64,000 nt of DNA from Cenarchaeum sp. (GTDB lineage: Archaea > Thermoproteota > Nitrososphaeria > Nitrososphaerales > Nitrosopumilaceae). The position numbers and the translations under genes are program-made. The stretch is from assembly GCA_963693095.2 (NCBI GenBank), contig OY843768.1:1912241-1976240 (forward strand), read 5' to 3'. Below, piece after piece: positions 59,057-64,000 of the stretch. Positions within the stretch are counted from its first letter, which is position 1. The number at the start of each line of letters is the position of its first letter. The notes below the pieces were generated by a model. It ran no database searches and was not told the DNA's origin. It worked only from the letters and a program-made list of their open reading frames with translations.

Positions 59057-62000
59057 ATGTCCGGAAAGGCAGGCAAGGCAACAAGCGTTTTCCTAATGGC
59101 GATCATGGTCGCCGGGGGGCTGACATTCGCCATCCCCGGCGTGCAGCCCGTGATGGCCCAGTCGACTAACCCCAACCTGGCCGTCTCGGCCGAGAGCACG
59201 GCCTTTGGCAACTACTTCTCCGGCCCGCAGGTCGTCGAGATCGTCATAGTGGATCCCGCCATAGACGAGACCAACGAGGCCAAGGGTGAGCCGGACGTAA
59301 AGCTGAACGGCAAGAAGGTCAGGATGATACAGGCGACGGACGGCAAGTGGTACGCCTACGTCGCCAACAGGGCGCAGGCCGTGCTGGCCGACGGTACTGC
59401 CGACGCCAACCCCGGCCAGGGGCTGGACTTTGGCACCATATGCCTGGACACGGGCAACGCCGATCGCGTCCTGGAGACGGCGCTGGCGGCCAACGCTGGA
59501 TACTTTTCTGACACGACGGGCGTCGCCTTCCCGTTCGCGCACACGCGCGCCGAGGTCGCCGGCGGCGCCGTGACCTCTGGGCCTGCGCTGGCCTCCGTGG
59601 ACGACGGGTGCTCCGAGGCCGATGTCACCGCGGCGTTCACCGAGGTGCCCGACACGGTGCCAACGTCCACCGCCGGCACGCTCAACTACGCCGGCGTCTC
59701 GATGAACGTCGTGCGCGAGCCCAGGGCGGTGAACACGAACAGCAACGCCGAGTTTGGCCAGAGCGTCGTCATCGATGGCGCCACCGTGACGAACGAGGAC
59801 CGCGCCGGCGTGTGGCCGTTCATACAGCTCTTCGACTTCAGCCAGGGCGGCAACGTGGAGGTCCAGTACCGCCGCGGCGGCGGCACCCAGTCCGTCACGC
59901 TCAACTACGACACCGTCGAGGACTATGCGTCCCTCTCGCTCCTGGATCGCACGACGTTCCCCGGCGGCGGCGCGCAGGTCCACTTTGACATAACCGACAC
60001 GTGGCTCAACGTGGATCCTACCGACGAGGACTCTTGGACGTGGGACGTGGAGGGTTCCGGCGAGGGCAGGGTCGTCTACCAGGCCTTTGACGAGAACGGC
60101 GTGCGCCAGGACAACAACGTGGACATATCCGCCGAGCTCTCGGGGCTGATGTGCGACACCAACTGCCTGCTAGTGCTCGACCGCGGCACCAACGGCTACG
60201 ACGTCCTCGAGTACGCCGACAACGACGACAGCGGCCTGCGCCTGTTCGGCTCGACGGCCGACGACCAGCTGATCACGGTCACCGAGACGAGCTCCTCCAG
60301 CGGCGTCTTCACGTCGTACGACGAGGATGACGATTCGGTCCTGGTCACCGCGTCGGATGACGCCACGACGACGACTGTAGTCGAGCCTCCGAGGGACACC
60401 ACGGCGACCATAGACTACAACGAGACGCCGCAGAGCATCTCCATAGGATACGCCTTTGCGACCATCGACATCCAGCCGTCCGGCGACGCGTGGCTCTCCG
60501 GCCAGGAGATACCAGTCGTCCTGACTGACGCCGACGCAAACCGCAACAGCCTGGCCGACGAGGACCTCGACGTGCTGGACGCCACCCACATCATACCGAC
60601 GCTCGTGACGGGCAGCCCGGTCACCCTGGCCGACGCCTCCGCAGTCGCCGTGGCCGCTGGCGTCCTGAGCACGGCCAGCGGGACTCCGTTCTCCGTCACG
60701 TTTGACAGCGCCGCCGACCCGCTCACGGTGGGTTCGGATGCGACGGATCCGTCGCTTAGGGCAACGGTGGACTCTGGCTCGTCAGACCCGATGCAGACCA
60801 TGATCATAGACTACGGCACGGCCGCGTCACACCACTCCGAGGCGACGGTCACGACGCTCTTCAACTATGACTTTGGCAACCTCGAGTTCGCCGACGGCAC
60901 TGCCGCCTCTGACCAGAACGTCGACCTCTACGCGCTGGTGGGCACGGGGGCCACGATATTTGCAAACGCGAACCTTGGCGGCGTCACGCCGTACGAGATC
61001 GAGGCCGGCGCGGCTCTAAGGGGCACGGTGGTGCTGCCCGAGGCAGCGCGCGCGCAGCTGGCTGGCGACGGCACAGGCACGTCGCTTGGCCTCATGGCGC
61101 AATTTGGGGACAGCGTTGGAGAGCCAAACGATGCCGTCATACTCATCGCCGACGTCATGTCCTTCGGCTTCACCGACGACGGCGTCGAGTCCGGCGAGCG
61201 CATAGCCAACCAGGTGGTGCGCCTCGAGCTCGAGGAGAGCGGGGACAACACGGGCGTCTTTGAGGGCACGCTCGAGTACGCCATGGTCAACCAGCTCAGC
61301 ATCGCCGACTCCTCGACGTACTCGGGCCTGGCCCTCATCGACGACGAGGCCACGCTCATCGCGATCGAGGACCTCACCGACGAGGACACGCTCACGGTCA
61401 CCTACAACGACCTCGGCCGCGACGGCGTCGTGACGCCCGTCTCGGACGACGAGGCCGCGCTGTCGCACTCGGGCACCGTCTCCCTCGACGCGACGAGCTA
61501 CAAGATAGCCGACACGGTGACGGTCACGGTCCGCGACGCCGACCTCAACACGAGCTCCGACACGACGGAGGTCTACACGATACCCGACGGCGAGGACTAT
61601 GTCGGCAGGGCCGACCCCGCTGACGTGGCCGACGGCACCGGCACGTACGAGGTTCTGCGCAGCTTCGGCCCGCTCGGTGTCCTCGCAGATATCACGTTTG
61701 ACGACTCGCGGTGGGCCGCCGGCACGGCCGCGTGCGACCCCCGCGGGGTTCACGGCCTGGGAGAGACGGGCTTCACGCTCCGCGAGACCTCGGCGGCCTC
61801 GGGCGTCTTTGAGGGCGACTTCCAGATACCCACGGAGTGGTGCGCGCCGGATGCGTCGGCCGCCGAGTCGGTCACCGGCCTGGACATCGAGGTGAACTAT
61901 GTGGACTACCGCGACGCGTCGGGCGAGATAATCGAGGTCGGCGACGGGGCAGGCCTGCGCGCCAACACGGGCTCCGTCTCCCTTGACCGCCCAGTCTACC

Positions 62001-64000
62001 CAGTGCCCTTTGGCAACGCCGACAACGGGTCGGTCTTCCTGACGTACGGGACGCCTGACAGGCTCTCGGCCCACAACGTGATCGTCCACGTGCGCGTCAC
62101 GGACCCGGACTTTGACGTCTCGGCCTCCGGCTCGGACACGCTGGGCCAGATGGTCTCGCGCACGACCGGCGAGGGCGACGCGTACGGCCCGCTCAGGATA
62201 TCCGTTCAGAGGGGATCCGACAACGTCGTCCTCGGCTACGCAGGCGGGCCGACCGCCGCGGGCGCCACTGGCACCGCGGTCGGTGACAGGGCTGTCCGCC
62301 CGCTCGCCGAGGTCTTCTCGCCCACGGTTGCGGTGCCCACGCGCGACTTCGGCTCCTCCCCTGCCATAACCGTCAACGCGGCCAACGCCATAGAGCACGG
62401 CCCGCTCACCGAGACGGCGCCGTCCTCGGGCACGTTCGAGCTCGACCTCCCGATATCGTGGGACCAGGGGCCCCCGTCGACTGACTGCCCCGGCAACTCG
62501 GCGACGTCCACGTGCATACTCCAGGGCGACATCCTCGTGGTAGAGTACACCGACCCCGCCGACGCCTCGGGCAACCCGCAGACGGTGACGGACTCGGCGA
62601 CCTTTGACATGCGCAACGCGGTTCTGCGCTCGGACAAGTCAGTCTACATCATCGGCTCCGACATGATACTCACGCTCATAGAGCCGGACCTCGACCTCGA
62701 CAACGACACGGCCGAGACGTACACGCTCGACCTGATAGAGTGGGACGACGACGACTCCGTCGTCACGCTGCGCAACGGCGCCTTTGACCCCGAGCCGACC
62801 TCGCTGCGCGAGACGGGCGACTCGACGGGCATCTTCCAGGTCGTGGTGGAGATACCCGCCGAGATCACGCAGGGCGCCCGCACCGACGACCTCGAGCGCG
62901 GCGAGGAGATAGAGCTGACCTACCAGGACTGGAGCCCCGCCGGCGCCGACTATGTCGGGCAGACCGACGAGGAGATAGAGTGGTCGATATTCACGTCGGA
63001 CTTTGGCGCGACGATAGAGCTCGACCAGGCCGTCTACACGTGGACCGACAAGGTCTTCATCACCGTCGTGGCGCCGGACCACAACTTTGACAGCAACCTC
63101 ATCGACGAGATAGGCGACGACCGTGATGTGGATCCGCTCCAGGTCTCCACGCGCGAGGGCGGCAGTATCCCCGGCAGCTACAGGCTCACCGAGACGGGCA
63201 CCGACACGGGCATATTCAGCGGCGAGGTCATACTCACGGGCTTCACGCACGACGCCGACGGCGACGGCAGCACGGGCACCAACGGCAACGACCGGCTCAC
63301 CCTCCCGGCGGCCGGCAGGGGCCCGACTGACGGGACCATAGCGGCCGACGACGACGACGGCATCACCGTCTCGTACGAGTACAACGACGACGAGCACGTC
63401 ATAGGCTCGGCCCTCATACGCTGGAACGTCGGCGACACGCAGTGGCTCGAGGCCAGCTACCCGGCGTCCGGCTCGGGCGTCGTCAGGGTCGTCGACCCCG
63501 ACATGAACTGGAACCCCGAGGCGGTAGACAACTTTGAGGTCGACGTCTACTCGGACGCCGACGCCGGCGGCATAAACCTCACGGTCACCGAGACGCAGGA
63601 GGCCTCGGGCATCTTCGAGGGCACCGTCATCTTCACGCTGACCGACCAGTCATCGGGCCACCGCCTCAGGGTCGCCGAGGGCGACACCGTGACTGCCCGC
63701 TATGACGACAACACCCTGCCCGACCCCTACACGCGCAACGACGAGCTAGAGGTGGAGGGCACCACGATAATCGGCACGCTCGTGCCCCCGCTGGAGAGGG
63801 CCGTCGTGAGCAACGTGAGGCTGACGGACAACTCGGGCAACCCGCTCGACACCGTCGCCATAGGCCAGCAGGTCCAGGTGACCGGCCAGGTCACGAGCGG
63901 CCAGGAGACCGAGCAGGCCTACGCCTACCTCGTGCAGGTCAACGACTCGAGCGACGTCACGCTCTCGCTCACGTGGACCAGCGGCACGCTCAACGCGGGC
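59057..64000 (+). CDS. Thaumarchaeal S-layer protein (runs off window; absent from ORF track)
   Basis: MSGKAGKATSVFLMAIMVAGGLTFAIPGVQPVMA signal, NPNLAVSAE...FSGPQVVEIVIVDP...GEPDV..NGK..RM.QATDGKWYAY; repeated ETG.STGIF motifs; very acidic, high GC3. Confidence 0.88.
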   Translation, partial: MSGKAGKATSVFLMAIMVAGGLTFAIPGVQPVMAQSTNPNLAVSAESTAFGNYFSGPQVVEIVIVDPAIDETNEAKGEPDVKLNGKKVRMIQATDGKWYAYVANRAQAVLADGTADANPGQGLDFGTICLDTGNADRVLETALAANAGYFSDTTGVAFPFAHTRAEVAGGAVTSGPALASVDDGCSEADVTAAFTEVPDTVPTSTAGTLNYAGVSMNVVREPRAVNTNSNAEFGQSVVIDGATVTNEDRAGVWPFIQLFDFSQGGNVEVQYRRGGGTQSVTLNYDTVEDYASLSLLDRTTFPGGGAQVHFDITDTWLNVDPTDEDSWTWDVEGSGEGRVVYQAFDENGVRQDNNVDISAELSGLMCDTNCLLVLDRGTNGYDVLEYADNDDSGLRLFGSTADDQLITVTETSSSSGVFTSYDEDDDSVLVTASDDATTTTVVEPPRDTTATIDYNETPQSISIGYAFATIDIQPSGDAWLSGQEIPVVLTDADANRNSLADEDLDVLDATHIIPTLVTGSPVTLADASAVAVAAGVLSTASGTPFSVTFDSAADPLTVGSDATDPSLRATVDSGSSDPMQTMIIDYGTAASHHSEATVTTLFNYDFGNLEFADGTAASDQNVDLYALVGTGATIFANANLGGVTPYEIEAGAALRGTVVLPEAARAQLAGDGTGTSLGLMAQFGDSVGEPNDAVILIADVMSFGFTDDGVESGERIANQVVRLELEESGDNTGVFEGTLEYAMVNQLSIADSSTYSGLALIDDEATLIAIEDLTDEDTLTVTYNDLGRDGVVTPVSDDEAALSHSGTVSLDATSYKIADTVTVTVRDADLNTSSDTTEVYTIPDGEDYVGRADPADVADGTGTYEVLRSFGPLGVLADITFDDSRWAAGTAACDPRGVHGLGETGFTLRETSAASGVFEGDFQIPTEWCAPDASAAESVTGLDIEVNYVDYRDASGEIIEVGDGAGLRANTGSVSLDRPVYPVPFGNADNGSVFLTYGTPDRLSAHNVIVHVRVTDPDFDVSASGSDTLGQMVSRTTGEGDAYGPLRISVQRGSDNVVLGYAGGPTAAGATGTAVGDRAVRPLAEVFSPTVAVPTRDFGSSPAITVNAANAIEHGPLTETAPSSGTFELDLPISWDQGPPSTDCPGNSATSTCILQGDILVVEYTDPADASGNPQTVTDSATFDMRNAVLRSDKSVYIIGSDMILTLIEPDLDLDNDTAETYTLDLIEWDDDDSVVTLRNGAFDPEPTSLRETGDSTGIFQVVVEIPAEITQGARTDDLERGEEIELTYQDWSPAGADYVGQTDEEIEWSIFTSDFGATIELDQAVYTWTDKVFITVVAPDHNFDSNLIDEIGDDRDVDPLQVSTREGGSIPGSYRLTETGTDTGIFSGEVILTGFTHDADGDGSTGTNGNDRLTLPAAGRGPTDGTIAADDDDGITVSYEYNDDEHVIGSALIRWNVGDTQWLEASYPASGSGVVRVVDPDMNWNPEAVDNFEVDVYSDADAGGINLTVTETQEASGIFEGTVIFTLTDQSSGHRLRVAEGDTVTARYDDNTLPDPYTRNDELEVEGTTIIGTLVPPLERAVVSNVRLTDNSGNPLDTVAIGQQVQVTGQVTSGQETEQAYAYLVQVNDSSDVTLSLTWTSGTLNAG

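Noticed and set aside
59093-63438. Minus-strand and alternate-frame ORFs (e.g. 61016..62398)
   Set aside because: Shadows of the high-GC S-layer gene
1-64000. tRNA/rRNA genes and a CTAG-based cassette junction motif
   Set aside because: No RNA gene recognised; CTAG is frequent inside genes as well, so it is not junction-specific

Overview
Archaeal DNA, most likely from a high-GC Nitrososphaeria/thaumarchaeal genome (Cenarchaeum-like). This is inferred from the S-layer-type gene starting at 59057, a PEFG-CTERM-type domain and TATA-driven leaderless genes. Positions ~1-59000 form a variable-GC accessory/defence island of mostly monocistronic genes that abuts the S-layer gene. It holds 8 TPR-only proteins, 3 OLD-family ATPase/TOPRIM nucleases, about 10 HEPN-like genes of several families, PD-(D/E)xK nucleases, a TcmP/DUF5131 pair, RM/Fic/GmrSD fragments, two near-identical IS630 copies and many IS66-derived scars/MITEs. 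The most unusual signal is five divergent, stand-alone genes resembling HK97-fold viral major capsid proteins, with no recognisable terminase, portal, protease or tail gene, dispersed among HEPN and TPR genes. One is split by IS630 and can be rejoined in frame. They may be domesticated capsid genes used as antiviral decoys/sensors or as nanocompartments. All family assignments are by-eye motif recognition, not database searches.
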